Part shown: positions 12,001-21,815 of the stretch, piece by piece
Layout: each line of letters begins with the position of its first letter
Position numbering within the stretch: the first letter of the stretch is position 1
From: Catajapyx aquilonaris
Lineage: Eukaryota
DNA: 21,815 bases
Assembly: GCA_000934665.2 (NCBI GenBank)
Contig: JYFJ02001307.1
Span: 62,001-83,815 of the forward strand
Direction of reading: 5' to 3'
Translations under genes and position numbers: made by a program
The notes under the pieces: model-generated
What the model was told of the DNA's origin: nothing
Seen by the model: only the letters and a program-made list of their open reading frames with translations
Database searches by the model: none

Positions 12001-13221
12001 GATACTTTTCATGGCATAAACATCCCCAGTCTGCTTTTCTCGTACCACCTGTACTTCTCCAAAGTGGCCACGTCCAATCACACGCTTCACCTCAAAGTCA
12101 CTAATGTTGACCTGCAGGCGACGGGCCTCTCGAACTGTGGGGCGAACTAGTAGCCAAAAATGGTATTGCATTAGTGGTCAGTGTTGAACTTAAATAGCCA
12201 ATATATTCTGCGAAAGAATTTTATGCTTTGTTACTTTGAAACTTCAAAAATAAAGCTAGAATAAATTTAATGCATTGCATTTATCTCGGAATCTGTGCAT
12301 AGAGTTGGGGTAGTTTGTATGAAATTTAGTTGAATAAATTGCTCTTGCTTGCATAATAATCTAATTTCAAATCAAGCTATGATAACCAAAATGTCTACTC
12401 CATGAATAATCACATACAGTATATGGGTCAAATATTGTATCCTGCACTTAGGCACACTCAATAATGAAATCAAAGATCAGGCGTTGATATTTAAAATGTG
12501 ACCTACTTGTAAAACTGCACCAGGGCAGACGAATACACTCTACTCCCGATTTAATCAGATCCTGATTTAATTATTATCAAAGTGAAATAACTATTTCAGT
12601 GCAAATTCCACAATATTTAGAGCAGTGCAAATGACGCGAGCCTGCAACCTGTCTTCAGCGGAACTTGTCCATTACCAAAGTCCCACTCACAGTCGGTCCA
12701 GGACAAGCACTGTCAATGTTTTATCGCACACAAAATCCAGTCGACTTCAGAAAGCTCTGCAAATTAAGTTACCCTCATACAGGCAGTTTGTGTTGCTTTT
12801 TATCAAGCAATGATCATTCAAAACCTCCTCAACACCTTTTTTAAAAAGTCCCACATTATTAATTTTCCCCCCAACTTTATTTATGGCTTTGATATGCCTC
12901 AATGCGGATTTACAAACTAGTTATTTCATTGGCTCATTCGCTGTGGGAGGGCAGTAATACCAACTCACACTTGTCAATAAAGACTGCAACATTGACATCG
13001 TTCCTGAGGGTCTCATCCTGGATGCACTCGTCATAGAGGAGGAAGAGGGCATCCAGCAGTCCATCCCTGCTGACCAGGTGACTGGAGCTGGCAGAGGATG
13101 AGCCGGCGCCCCTGTCCAGGACGGCCCCTGCTTTGCCCAGGAAAAGGGCGTTGAGACGGGCCGTCCTAGCGCTGACGGGTTCCCCAGATGCGGGGGCCGT
13201 TGACGAGGCCATCTGGTTCAT
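1..13221 (-). CDS. CIT: Citron Rho-interacting serine/threonine kinase (sticky orthologue), multi-exon, 3' end runs off the window
   Basis: Hand-spliced exons, all GT-AG and phase-consistent: 13221-12969, 12146-11428, 10731-10578, 9073-8634, 7173-6493, 6252-5947, 4499-3936, 3621-3512, 3402-3195, 3082-2468, 2267-1831, 1757-1387, 233-<1 (1697 codons in window). CIT-type N-terminus EPVSARTARLNALFLGK...SRDGLLDALFLLYDEC; kinase motifs GRGHFG, YAMK, HRDIKPEN, DFG, GTPDYIAPE; AGC tail FSGQNLPFVGFTF; long coiled coil; CNH domain (LQVNC...LLGTSEGL...AFEQPYLFVFH). The start could instead be the ATG at 13341 or 13212. Confidence 0.93.
928..1290 (-). mobile_element. Full-length tRNA-derived SINE with A-rich tail and target-site duplication
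   Basis: Minus-strand head has an A box TGGCCGTGATGG (1278-1267) and a B box GGTTCGATCCC (1234-1224). The tail reads (T)n/G on the + strand at about 923-956. Identical flanking direct repeat AATTGGGAGTTACTTTTT at 910-927 and 1291-1308. Lies in the CIT intron 1386-234. Confidence 0.88.
5060..5250. mobile_element. Nested fold-back / degenerate MITE remnants
   Basis: Inner about 45-bp inverted repeat spanning 5095-5193 (ACTAGTAAGGGTGAAAG...CTTTCACCCTGACTAGT). One TIR-like end CACGTGGTTTATGGACGACCCC|TAA (5194-5218). Outer inverted pair TCTGCTGTCGGATGTAAGAAGAC (5060-5082) / GTCTTCTTTATACATCTGACAGCAGA (5225-5250). Confidence 0.65.
5351..5794. mobile_element. Fold-back MITE, 444 bp, with 7-bp TSD (P-element- or hAT-like CAG...CTG termini)
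   Basis: Perfect 32-bp TIR CAGGGAGCATATACTACATAAGAGGCGCAAAC / GTTTGCGCCTCTTATGTAGTATATGCTCCCTG. Imperfect complementarity continues about 200 bp inward. TSD CCATAGC at 5344-5350 and 5795-5801. Confidence 0.9.
7838..8391. mobile_element. PIF/Harbinger-like non-autonomous DNA transposon, 554 bp, CAG TSD
   Basis: TIR GGCCTGTATTCTC / GAGAATACAGGCC (13 bp perfect, about 47 bp imperfect). CAG at 7835-7837 and 8392-8394. 3-bp CWG/TWA TSDs are characteristic of Harbinger elements. Confidence 0.8.
9129..9179. repeat. Short perfect inverted repeat (hairpin)
   Basis: TGGGAAGTTACTCAG (9129-9143) / CTGAGTAACTTCCCA (9165-9179), plus an inner GCTA/TAGC pair. Confidence 0.8.
9344..9947. mobile_element. Outer fold-back MITE with about 86-bp inverted arms, interrupted by a second element
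   Basis: Arms 9344-9429 and 9862-9947 are reverse complements; for example CAGATTCAAACATCAGCCCATGATGGGCGCTTAC is matched perfectly. No clear TSD. Confidence 0.8.
9511..9857. mobile_element. Inner PIF/Harbinger-like MITE nested in the preceding element
   Basis: TIR GGC(G/T)CATTCACACGAGCGACC(T/C)T(C/T)GGCCAGGAA at both ends. Internal copies of TTCACACG and GGCCAG sub-repeats. Right flank TAA, left flank AAA (degenerate TWA TSD). Confidence 0.8.
10916..11203 (-). mobile_element. Second, older tRNA-derived SINE of a different family
   Basis: B box GGTTCGATTCCC (11152-11141) and degenerate A box TGGTGGAGTGAA. The body GGTTTTCTGTGGTTTCCC...AATTCCGGGAT...CCTAAATAATAGGCCACAGCCGCTTCCTTC resembles, from recall, the conserved body of Talua/Lm1-type insect SINEs. 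No TSD recognised; the 3' boundary is approximate. Confidence 0.75.
11428..12146 (-). CDS. CIT: CIT exon 2, protein kinase catalytic domain (DMPK/ROCK/CIT family)
   Basis: DFEVKRVIGRGHFGEVQVVREK...YAMK...HRDIKPENVLLD...LKLADFGSAA...GTPDYIAPEVL; acceptor TAG at 12149-12147, donor GTAAGT after 11428. Confidence 0.96.
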
Positions 13222-13349
13222 CTTGGACTTATCCTGTTGCCTCCTGGCCGCAGCTGTACGCAGGACACCCTTCCGACGTCTCCGTCCCTCCGCGGCCGTT
13301 ACGCTTTTTCCCTCCTCCTGCAGCCGCCCCAAAGCAAACATGGCCGCGT

Positions 13350-13620
13350 CCTATTCAAAATCAGGCTCCTCCCACCGACCACCGCGATTGGTGGGCCTAT
13401 CGCATTAATTGCCGGCCACCCTCACAATAATAATAATTATACACAATTAATCCGGGCAATCGGGAATTATTCACCTCCTCGAGTGCCCGTTCACCTAGTT
13501 GAACCCAGTGGGGACGATGAACAAGAACGATCCCATTTCAAACATTCAAAAATGCAGGGTTGCCAAGTGACCACCAAGCGTGCATGTTTATTTTTATTTT
13601 TTTGACCTGAGTGACGTCAG
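13350..13620 (-). promoter_or_regulatory. Putative CIT promoter with CHR-like (TTTGAA), CCAAT and CRE motifs
   Basis: Minus-strand TTTGAA at 13359-13354, 13542-13537 and 13550-13545; CCAAT at 13391-13387; palindromic TGACGTCA at 13612-13619; adjacent to the CpG-rich exon 1. Short motif matches only. Confidence 0.45.
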
Positions 13621-13911
13621 GGGGCGATGAATGCAATGAATGAGGTTCTCCAAGGGGTTCTCCTGTAATTGATGCAACACCCACAGTACCTTTGCAAAAG
13701 CAGAATCAGCATTTCAGGAGATTTGCAATAATTTATTTCTTTTACATTTTCGCACTTATAATGATAAATTGACAATTTTTACTGCAACAAACATAAACTT
13801 TCATTTAACATTAACTAGGACTAGATTTTGGATTGCATAAAAGAGGGACTGTGCACTAATACTGCAATCGTTGTGCCACTGAAAAATACAAAATTACCCT
13901 GTACATCAAAG

Positions 13912-14065
13912 TTAAGGGACATTATTCTGTCACTCAGGTGAGGAACTGTCAGGCCAAACATACTGGGCTAGGGGCTACCTATGTACTGTACCAATTTTGA
14001 TTCACATCGGCCTGGCAGTTCCTTAACCACCTGCCAATAATGCATGTCAGTGAACAATCCCCTAA
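13912..14065. mobile_element. Degenerate fold-back MITE remnant
   Basis: CAGGTGAGGAACTGTCAGGCC (13935-13955) pairs with GGCCTGGCAGTTCCTTAACCACCTG (14009-14033). Outer TTAAGGGAC.. / ..TCCCCTAA ends. Confidence 0.45.
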
Positions 14066-15236
14066 GTTTGCTGTGCTGAGAACGGTGGCCCAAAACTGAT
14101 TGACTAAATAACATTTCTGTGCAAATGAGCTAAAACTCTACGGAGCCCACATTTACAGATCCAACAATTTTGTACTGTGTTATCAGAAAATGCAAGGCAA
14201 ATGCAACATACTCTGTATGCTTCCCGTGCAATATAAACACTTCCTATTTCATAATATCCATACATTTGCTGTACGTCACCTGGGTTTTCTCATTCCAACA
14301 TCAAGACCAGTTTTTGAAAAAGGAGCAAAATAATGCTTGGCAGGTGCTCGACTCTTCGCAATTCTCAGGAATTTTGAATTATGACATGTGGCATACCGAA
14401 GATAAAATAAAAATTGACATGAACCAGGCAATGTCATTTGCTGATGAGAGTAAAGTCAGCTCATAAGGTCATATGTTCCATGCAGGATGGGCGACACATG
14501 GATCTAGTGGTTATGTCACTAGTCAGCCTAACTGATTGAGACAGGGAACTTTTCCATAATTTAAAAATATCTGCTGTAAGGAGCTTTCACTGGTATTTTA
14601 ACCTATGACAATAAATGCATATTAGAAAACGTCACAGTAAGCAGCAACACATAAATTACATAATTTTGTGCCAGCTCAAGACCATACATTCACTCATAAT
14701 AAAATGGCATAAATAATAGTGCACTTACAGACACAATAAAAAAAACTTCTTTGGCTTCTGCTGTTCTCAAGTTTATGTCTATTTCCATCCTGAATGAGGG
14801 ATTACTGGTAATTGTAACAGATTTCAACTGGCAAGAATTATATCGCAAGAATTTGCTACATATTTGACACTCCCAGGATGCGTGAAAAACTTCCTGTAAG
14901 TGGTAAAATGTATACCTTCATGATTAAGCAAACCAGTACAGGAACTCGTAATTGAAAAATTGCAGTGATTACCTTGCACTAAGATTTTCATAATTGTCAC
15001 ATCACCCCAAAAAAGGGTTCCCTTGTGCAAGAAGTAACCATTTGCAAAAACTCCACATAAAAATGAGTTCAATCCAAGGCAGAGGCAATCTTCAGCCACC
15101 TCCTTGGTGCTTTTGTATGCATTTGTATTAATTTAAGTATGAATATGGTCATCATCATGTAAGATCAGATGTCCATTTCATGTACATGCTCACCAGACAC
15201 AATGAAATGATGTGAGGACTAGTATGTTGTGACTTG

Positions 15237-18200
15237 CTATGAGTGTTTTCTTGTGGTACACAAGTCTCTGAGGCATCTCCTCTTGTGTGAGTCCAAGCAG
15301 GTATAGTCAAGCAGAATCCCTTGCACCTTGTCCTGGAGAACAGATGGCCACTCCTTTTCTAGCAGGTTCAGCTTCTGCAGGCACTCCAGTGCCTGCCCCA
15401 ACATTAAGTTGAGGGCTGAGTGTGCCTGTTGCTGCACCACAGGATCATCCTTTAGAGATGGTCTGCACATTAGAGCCTCCTTCCCAATAACCTCCTGAAG
15501 GACAGGATCCTCTTCCCATGAGACTTTTGCTGGTGTGCTTCCTGAGTCACTCTCAGCATCAGAATCATCTGCTTTGAGCCTTGCTGCAAGAGGTGTCAAG
15601 GCTGCAGGAGGTACACATGTGAGAGCCAGACGACCCAGAGATCCAAACTGCTGTTGGGCCACCTTCCCTTCCTCCAACCCAACTCCTTTTCCGTCCAATT
15701 TCGCAAGCCCCCAGTGACTCAGACGATAGACTGCATATGGTCGGTACATTTCCTTTCCAGCTAATGGGTTTCTTTGATGCACCTGCAAGAGTATTTGAAG
15801 ATAGCAGACCAGAACTAATTAGTTTCAGATACTAAGGCCGGGTTGCATCGGCTCCAGGAAAATTTGTCTGGCCGAAGAAGAGCCCGGTTAGTTTGTTATT
15901 CATTGTTGTCAACAATTCTGTCAACAATGAATAACAAACTAACCTGGCTCTTCTTCGGCCAGACAAATTTTCCTGGAGCCGATGCAACCCGGCCTAAGAG
16001 TGTGAATCAGCAAGTCATATGCTAAAATTATAAGGCAGTTCCATTTAAAACCATTAGTCATTATTACTTTCACTGTTCATAAATCAGTCTACAGAGATGG
16101 GCAGTTTTAGCATTAGATTTAGTCGTCAGCATGCACCACTCCTGAATGAAGGATGTAACAGAATGTGCTGATTGGGCAATCTTGCAGACCAAGGCTAAAA
16201 CTACTGATCTACTGCAAAACCAGCCTAGATGTAGAATGCGTGTGGCACACTGTTCTTTTTGTTCATCATTATCTACCACAGTGTTTCCCTAGATGTGTGT
16301 TCCCAAGCTTGCAAGACTTGGTTGTAGCAAAAGCATGAGCAAAAAGCCAATTCTCCTATGTCCATTGGCTTCTCTGCCATGCTAAACAGTCTCCAATTTG
16401 CTCTAAAACTCTCATTCTCAGAAGCTTGGGAGCACATCACTGACCTCCCCTTTTCAAGTAAACATTGAGATGTGATGCATGCATGTGACAGCTAACTATG
16501 ACTAATAAATGTGTAACTTCACAGAGTATTTTCCTAAAATGAAACATACACTTTTAAAATTCAGAGAGAAACATCCAACACTACTGAATCCTGCGGAACA
16601 TTTGAAACCACTCACCTGCAAAGAGGCAATGCCTTGCAGGTGGGCCAGGGAGTTCAGCTGACCAACCCACTGCAAGTCACATCCAGGGCCCACCTGTACC
16701 TCAATCAGTGAAGGAAGGCTTGATTTGAGGCGACCAAAGTGAGGGGCCAGTGCATCAATTGGGACATTTTGTATGCACAATGTGTGCACTGCTGCTGTAG
16801 CTGCAGCTGACCCCGACCAATGTTGGATTGCAGTTCGCACGGCAGATGCAGTAGTTCTGGCATTTTCACTCCCTGTTATTTCAAGCCGATCTTCAATTAT
16901 AGTTATCTGTGGCACAGAAGGATCAGGTTTCCTTCGGGGAGAAGGTGGAACTGCAGGAACGGCAGGAACTGATGGCAGTAAAACACTTGGAGGTGGAGGT
17001 GGAGACTCTTGATGAACCAATGCAGGCAGTACTGGTGCAGGTGGTGTCTCCAGATACCTCAAGAGTGGCGCAGATGGTGCACGCCTGTACATTGCTCGCA
17101 CCCTGACTGAACCAGAAGAAGTGGACTCAAGCTCAGATCCAGAAGATCCTGACGTCACCTCTTTGGGAGTGACCTCCTCTGCAGAAGAATCAGTGTAGGA
17201 GCTTGAAGCATCCCTTTGGCTGCTCTGAAGCCATGCCTGAGCACCCCTCCGCTGGTCAAAGGTCACTGAATTTGGCCCAAGCTTCAGAAGGGATGGAAGT
17301 GTACATAACACCTTGGGAAGAAACTCAGCAAGGTCAACTACGTCATTGTTCTTCATAGACAACTCCTCCAGAGTGGACACATGCTCCAATCCCTGTAAGT
17401 CTTCCAATCTATGAACAGAAAAGTCATCATCATCAAATTGACAGAGAGGCTCCATGAATGCAGATAATTAAGTTAATCTGCAATATTCAAGAATGCAGAG
17501 TAAAACTTGATCATACGTGCATATCCTGTTGCAGTCCAAGCACAGCCTCCTGAGAGCTGGGAGATGTGGAATTGTGTACACTGAAACTACACAATTTCGG
17601 GAGAGGTCCAGGTCCCGTAAGGACACCAGTCCCTGCAAACCCTGCAGATCCTGCAGCTTGTTTTCAGACAAGTTTAGCACACGCAGGCATCTCAGAAGGG
17701 ACATAACTTCAGTTGGAAGGTGTGTTATCCAGTTCCCCTGCAGGTCCAACACTCGTAGATTGCATGCAAACTGCAATCCCTGTAGTCCCTGCGCACCTTG
17801 TAGGTGGTTACGCCCTAGCATCAGGACCCTCAGCCTTGGAAGACTTTGTAGGCCATTCTGTAACCTTTGCAACCGGTTTCCTTGTAGATCTAGGAAGGCC
17901 AGTTTTGGAAGGTCCAGGGACTCCAAGCATGTGATCTGGTTGCTCTGGAGCGATAGGAGTTGCAGGGATTCTTCACCCAATAGAAGGGGACAGCAAGTCA
18001 GCCCACACCTAAACAGTTCAATTGCTTGTTACAATGTGTGCAAGAAATGTGCAAGTTTGTCAATTTAAATTGATGCAAAATGCTCTCTTTCAGCCAAGAC
18101 CGAGCAACAATCCATAATCATAACTTTGATAATACAGCTACACATACCTGTCAAGAAAGAGCCGGTCAGGGTTCCTTTTCTTTGCATCTGCGCTGCGTAT

Positions 18201-18584
18201 AACCTGTATCCTCTGTGATCCACAATGCCTGAAAACGAGCGAATCCACTGATGCTGCCCAGGGTCCACCTCTGGTCCCACCAGAGCTGGTGGGCCTGAGC
18301 TCCATGTAGACGGCTTCCTCCTCTCCTCGAGTACCTGTCACCTGTCTGCCCTGCTTCTCCTCCTCTGCCCTTCTCGTGTCTCCTTCCTCACCTTTCCTTT
18401 CTGGTGGTGGCTCCTCCACCTCTTCTTCCCCTCCTCCCTTACCCTCATTGCACTGTCCCACGGACAGTCCTCTGATGGCCAGGCCAACCCCGTCACTCTC
18501 CAAGGAAGCCTGCCTGCTGCTCCTCCTCAACTGAAACCCATTCAAGCAATGAGGCACACTGACTGAGCACTGACAGCTGGTCAT
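15237..18584 (-). CDS. LRRC49: Leucine-rich repeat-containing protein 49-like (tubulin polyglutamylase complex / centriolar satellite protein)
   Basis: Exons about 18584-18148, 18008-17517, 17408-16616 and 15782-15237 (stop TAG) are phase-consistent, about 755 aa. The signature RNPDRLFLDRCGLTCCPLLLGEESLQLLSLQSNQI is followed by SDS22-type LxxLxLxxN repeats, and the C-terminal QLNSLAHLQGIASLQV..RNPL..YRPYAVYRLSH block matches LRRC49 organisation. The true start is uncertain: ATG 18648 with a short intron ending at 18531 is also in frame. Confidence 0.82.
15836..15994. mobile_element. Tourist/PIF-Harbinger-like MITE, 159 bp, near-perfect palindrome, TAA TSD
   Basis: 73-bp arms (15836-15908 / 15922-15994) with one mismatch, starting GGCCGGGTTGCATCGGCTCC. 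TAA at 15833-15835 and 15995-15997. Confidence 0.92.
16279..16442. mobile_element. Old hAT-like MITE remnant
   Basis: Termini CAGTG...CACTG; subterminal inverted pair TGTGTTCCCAAGCTT / AAGCTTGGGAGCACA; inner AGCATG..AGCCAA / TTGGCT..CATGCT. The 8-bp flanks match only 5/8. Confidence 0.4.
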
Positions 18585-19007
18585 CAGGCAGGGTCAGTAC
18601 CGTCTTAACCTCCTGTGTGGCCCTGCGCTGATCCTTTCCCAGGCTCATCCAACGGCGGCCTAGTGGATCCCTCGCGGGTGCCAACCACCACCGCCCCTGG
18701 CTCCTTCCTGAAGTGGCTCAATCGCAAGACTCTCCAAGAAGTATCGCAACTGCGGCCATGTCTGTTTTGATCTGGTCCACTGCAGAGGGAAGGAACGACG
18801 GACTGGTTTGACCAAGGGAACGGCGGGGCTTACGAACATGGAGCTGCGAAGGACTCACACTATTTCAAGTACTATCAAATTCGGTGGGATGGTAGATTAG
18901 CCCAACCAATAAAACCAATAGGTTATCAAAAGAAATTTATAACTCCAGCAGCACCTGCAGGTACTGTACATTTCATGACTTCAAACATGACATAATGTTT
19001 TGCACTT

Positions 19008-21227
19008 CTAGTATGACAATTTATGTCCTAGATATTGAATCACATCTCGACATGAATGTTCAATGTACTTGACTTGGCTGTTTTTCAGCAGTGACTTCCA
19101 CCTGTTTATCCTTTCAGAAGAATTTCTGCTTGTGCTCCAAGGGTTATTTCGGTCTGAGGTGGTATGCACTTTCACAAATGTCTTCACTTTGTCATCAAAC
19201 ACCATCCCGAGCCACTTGTACAGTGCTTGTGCCACTTCCATAGGCCATTGCGCTAGCTCCTCATACCCAACCTGCTTGAACCTGGTTGGAAAAGCTCTTT
19301 TCAACTTCTTGGCTGAATGCAAGTCCTCCCTCAGGTCTTGGCAGAGCCGTTTTGGATGCCAACAGTCTATCTGCGAATCATCCGTTTGTTTGCACCATTT
19401 CACTGACATGTACCTGGAACTCAATGTTGCTCTAGGGTCACGTACCAAGAAAAGTACCCGTACTGATGGGTCTTTCATCAGCATGGAAGTGGTAGCATTG
19501 AGTCTGAGCCTGACAGTCTTTGCTACTTGCATCGAAAACATCTTGCAGGCACTCTGGAGGAACTCAGGACGGGCACATGCATTCTGGTTAGGACCACTGG
19601 TGCATGCAGACCATACAAGAGAATTAGCGTGTGATATGACATCTCTTAGATTATCAGCAACATATGACAAGTGTGGTAGGTATTGGAAAGTGCAGTTTAG
19701 GAGGTCCTGCAACACCTCAACTGATTGAGCCTCAGCTTGACCCTTGACCTGCCTGACACCTAAATACCCAAATGGTTCATAGTGGAGGAATGCTGCAGGA
19801 TGATTGGACAACAGCTGACCCAGAAAGGTGGACCCACTGCGCCAGGTAGACACTACCACCACCTTTAACTGTGGTACATGTACTTGTTTCTGGGGCACTT
19901 GCAGTGACTTCCTGAGGATATCCACTGTAGCTTCACCTTCTTGATGTGTTCCAGGCCTCAATTCATACTTTTCAAGCTGTTCTTGTACCTTACGGAAGGA
20001 CATGGCCACTGGAACACCCAATTTAGGATCCCAGGCCACATCCTTCCTACGTCCATCAACACCCAGTTCAATCATAGCCTTCCTAAGTTGCTTAACTAGT
20101 AGCCTGTCCTCTTCCAATTGTTCATCCTGGAAGTCCTCTAATTTTATGCCACTGATGGGAATAGTCTTGAAGTTCTTGTCGCGTCTAGGGTCTATGGCAC
20201 CTAATGAAGAAAGAATGCGTGAGAAGGAGGTTTCATTCATGTGGTAGATTGGCCTGTGGGTAGCTTTGTCTTGGGGAGTGGTGGACGAAGTAGGTCGCCG
20301 AAGAAACGCCTCGGATGGTAAACTAGCGCTGACAACTGGGCTAAAATCTGATGGAAAATAAATATAAGAGAATACAATATAAAATCTGCACATGCATAAT
20401 TACAGAATATTGCATATGAGACCATACCGAGTGTGAGTAACAGATGTTGATCATCTTTTGGCAAAGCTGGGATGGGTAAATCATTCCAGTTGGTGACATG
20501 ATGCAGCAAACAAACAACAAAGGAGAGAAATATGGCCCATCCCGTCAGTTGAAGTAGACGCAAAAGGCTCAGAGAGTGGATCCCAAATCCTTTGCAGCTG
20601 AAAAGATGACATACATGCCATAACAAGTTTTATCTAAGGCTAGGTAAATACGCTTGCTAGCAAAATAGGAGCAACTTTTCTTCCCTTTTAAAAACGAAAA
20701 TGCAATAAGTAAGAAAAGGAAGGGGGGAAAAAAAAAGCCATCTCCCCGGCGGGGAATCGAACCCCGGTCTCCCGCGTGACAGGCGGGGATACTAACCACT
20801 ATACTACCGAGGACTTTGGCGAGAAAGTCATCCTTCGAAGCCGTACATCTGCGGCCACCCAGCCCGTCTTTCCCCGGTTTTCTCTTGCGCCCCACTCGCC
20901 CCCGCGTTTGACCTCCCGTATTTATTCCATTTCTGAAAAGCGCCTCCCTGATTTGCCCTGATTGTGTTGCTCTGATTCCGGACCCTCCCCTGCCAATCCC
21001 CGGGGACCCCCTCCCCCTCAGTCGTCTGCTGCAGGAGGAGAGACGGACGGGCACGGTCGATTCATTCCCCTTCGGCCGATCAGGCACCACCAGTCTCCCC
21101 GTCACCTGCCGTCACTCCCACAGTCAGGCACCCGAAGGCTGCCCGCCCGACCTCCCCCGTTGCAGGTACACCGCGGACGATGAGTGACTGACCGACTACG
21201 ACTGACCAGGGGAGAAGGAGGATGCAT
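19008..21227 (-). CDS. Golgi carbohydrate sulfotransferase (CHST1/3/4/5-like Gal/GlcNAc-6-O-sulfotransferase family), type II membrane protein
   Basis: Exons 21227-21106, 20597-20428 and 20347-19008 join in frame (543 aa). 5'-PSB motif STWRSGSTFLGQLL, 3'-PB motif LVRDPRATLSSR, and YEEL. Single TM anchor LLQLTGWAIFLSFVVCLLH in exon 2. Exon 1 (donor GTGACG) is less certain than exons 2-3. Confidence 0.88.
20728..20736 (-). terminator. RNA polymerase III oligo-T terminator of tRNA-Asp
   Basis: T9 run on the minus strand 5 nt downstream of the tRNA 3' end. Confidence 0.85.
20742..20813 (-). tRNA. tRNA-Asp: tRNA-Asp (anticodon GTC)
   Basis: 72 nt TCCTCGGTAGTATAGTGGTTAGTATCCCCGCCTGTCACGCGGGAGACCGGGGTTCGATTCCCCGCCGGGGAG. 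All four stems pair, A and B boxes are intact, and CCA is not encoded. Confidence 0.97.
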
Positions 21228-21544
21228 CGCCGCCTCAACCCGACTGCTTCAACGCAGTTTGCACTCGCGGTAATTACAACTTGTGCTGTGGGGATGCATT
21301 GCCTCCTCTATGGCCGACACTCACGAGTCGGGGTCATCTCGTGCCAAGGCAATGTGGGAATGAAAATCACTAATGCGACAGATAATGTTGCTCAAGGTTG
21401 CAATGTAGAGTAGCACTTTTAACCCTGGAACCGTAACGTGAGGACCCCAAAGGAATTAAAATGGATTAAAATAATAATTACAATGAACTGCATTAAAAAA
21501 GAATAGGGTACGGTATATAACAGGAAGTGCATGTTTATTCTGAA

Positions 21545-21571
21545 CTAGCAGGATACCCGGCGTTGCTCGGG
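21545..21571 (-). mobile_element. Helitron-type 3' terminus (element probably extends rightwards)
   Basis: The minus strand reads CCCGAGCAACGCCGGG-TATCCTG-CTAG|T: a GC-rich hairpin a few nt before CTAG followed by host T, which is the canonical Helitron 3' end. Confidence 0.6.
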
Positions 21572-21815
21572 TTATGAAAGACTTTTCCATAGGAGTGACT
21601 CATTGATTTAGTAGTAACCTTCGCAATAATTATGGCTATACAATGTGGGCATACCAGTGACATGGAGCATATTGCATGTGCATGGAAGTCCAAACAACAC
21701 ACTGCGGATGTCAGATTATAAGGTAATACACAATGCACCTCCAAAATCCAGCAAAAGTATGTAATGAAAAATTGAAGGTTGTGCAGTAAATGTAGAAGTA
21801 AATGTAGAATGTAGA

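Noticed and set aside
14170..15099. Short ORFs at 14170 (+) and 14824 (-)
   Set aside because: Non-ATG starts, AT-rich, no recognisable domains; likely LRRC49 3' UTR or intergenic DNA.
19063..19728. 221-aa plus-strand ORF
   Set aside because: Antisense shadow of the sulfotransferase exon, with no motifs of its own.
20569..21105. 178-aa minus-strand ORF across the tRNA
   Set aside because: It begins at the splice-donor GTG and reads through GC-rich intron and tRNA sequence, so it is not a credible protein.

Overview
Eukaryotic, probably arthropod, genomic DNA; there is no prokaryotic or CRISPR-type system here. Three intron-containing genes lie head-to-tail on the minus strand: a Golgi carbohydrate sulfotransferase (about 21227-19008) with a tRNA-Asp(GTC) gene in its predicted first intron, an LRRC49-like leucine-rich-repeat gene (about 18600-15237), and a 13+-exon Citron Rho-interacting kinase (CIT/sticky) gene (13221 to beyond the left edge). 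All splice phases were checked by hand and join in frame. The introns hold many non-autonomous mobile elements: two tRNA-derived SINEs (one full-length with an intact target-site duplication) and several fold-back MITEs (Harbinger-like, 7-bp-TSD and nested). A Helitron-type 3' end lies near the right edge. The most unusual observation is that the Citron kinase appears to lack the canonical C1 and PH domains, going from coiled coil almost directly into the CNH domain within one exon.
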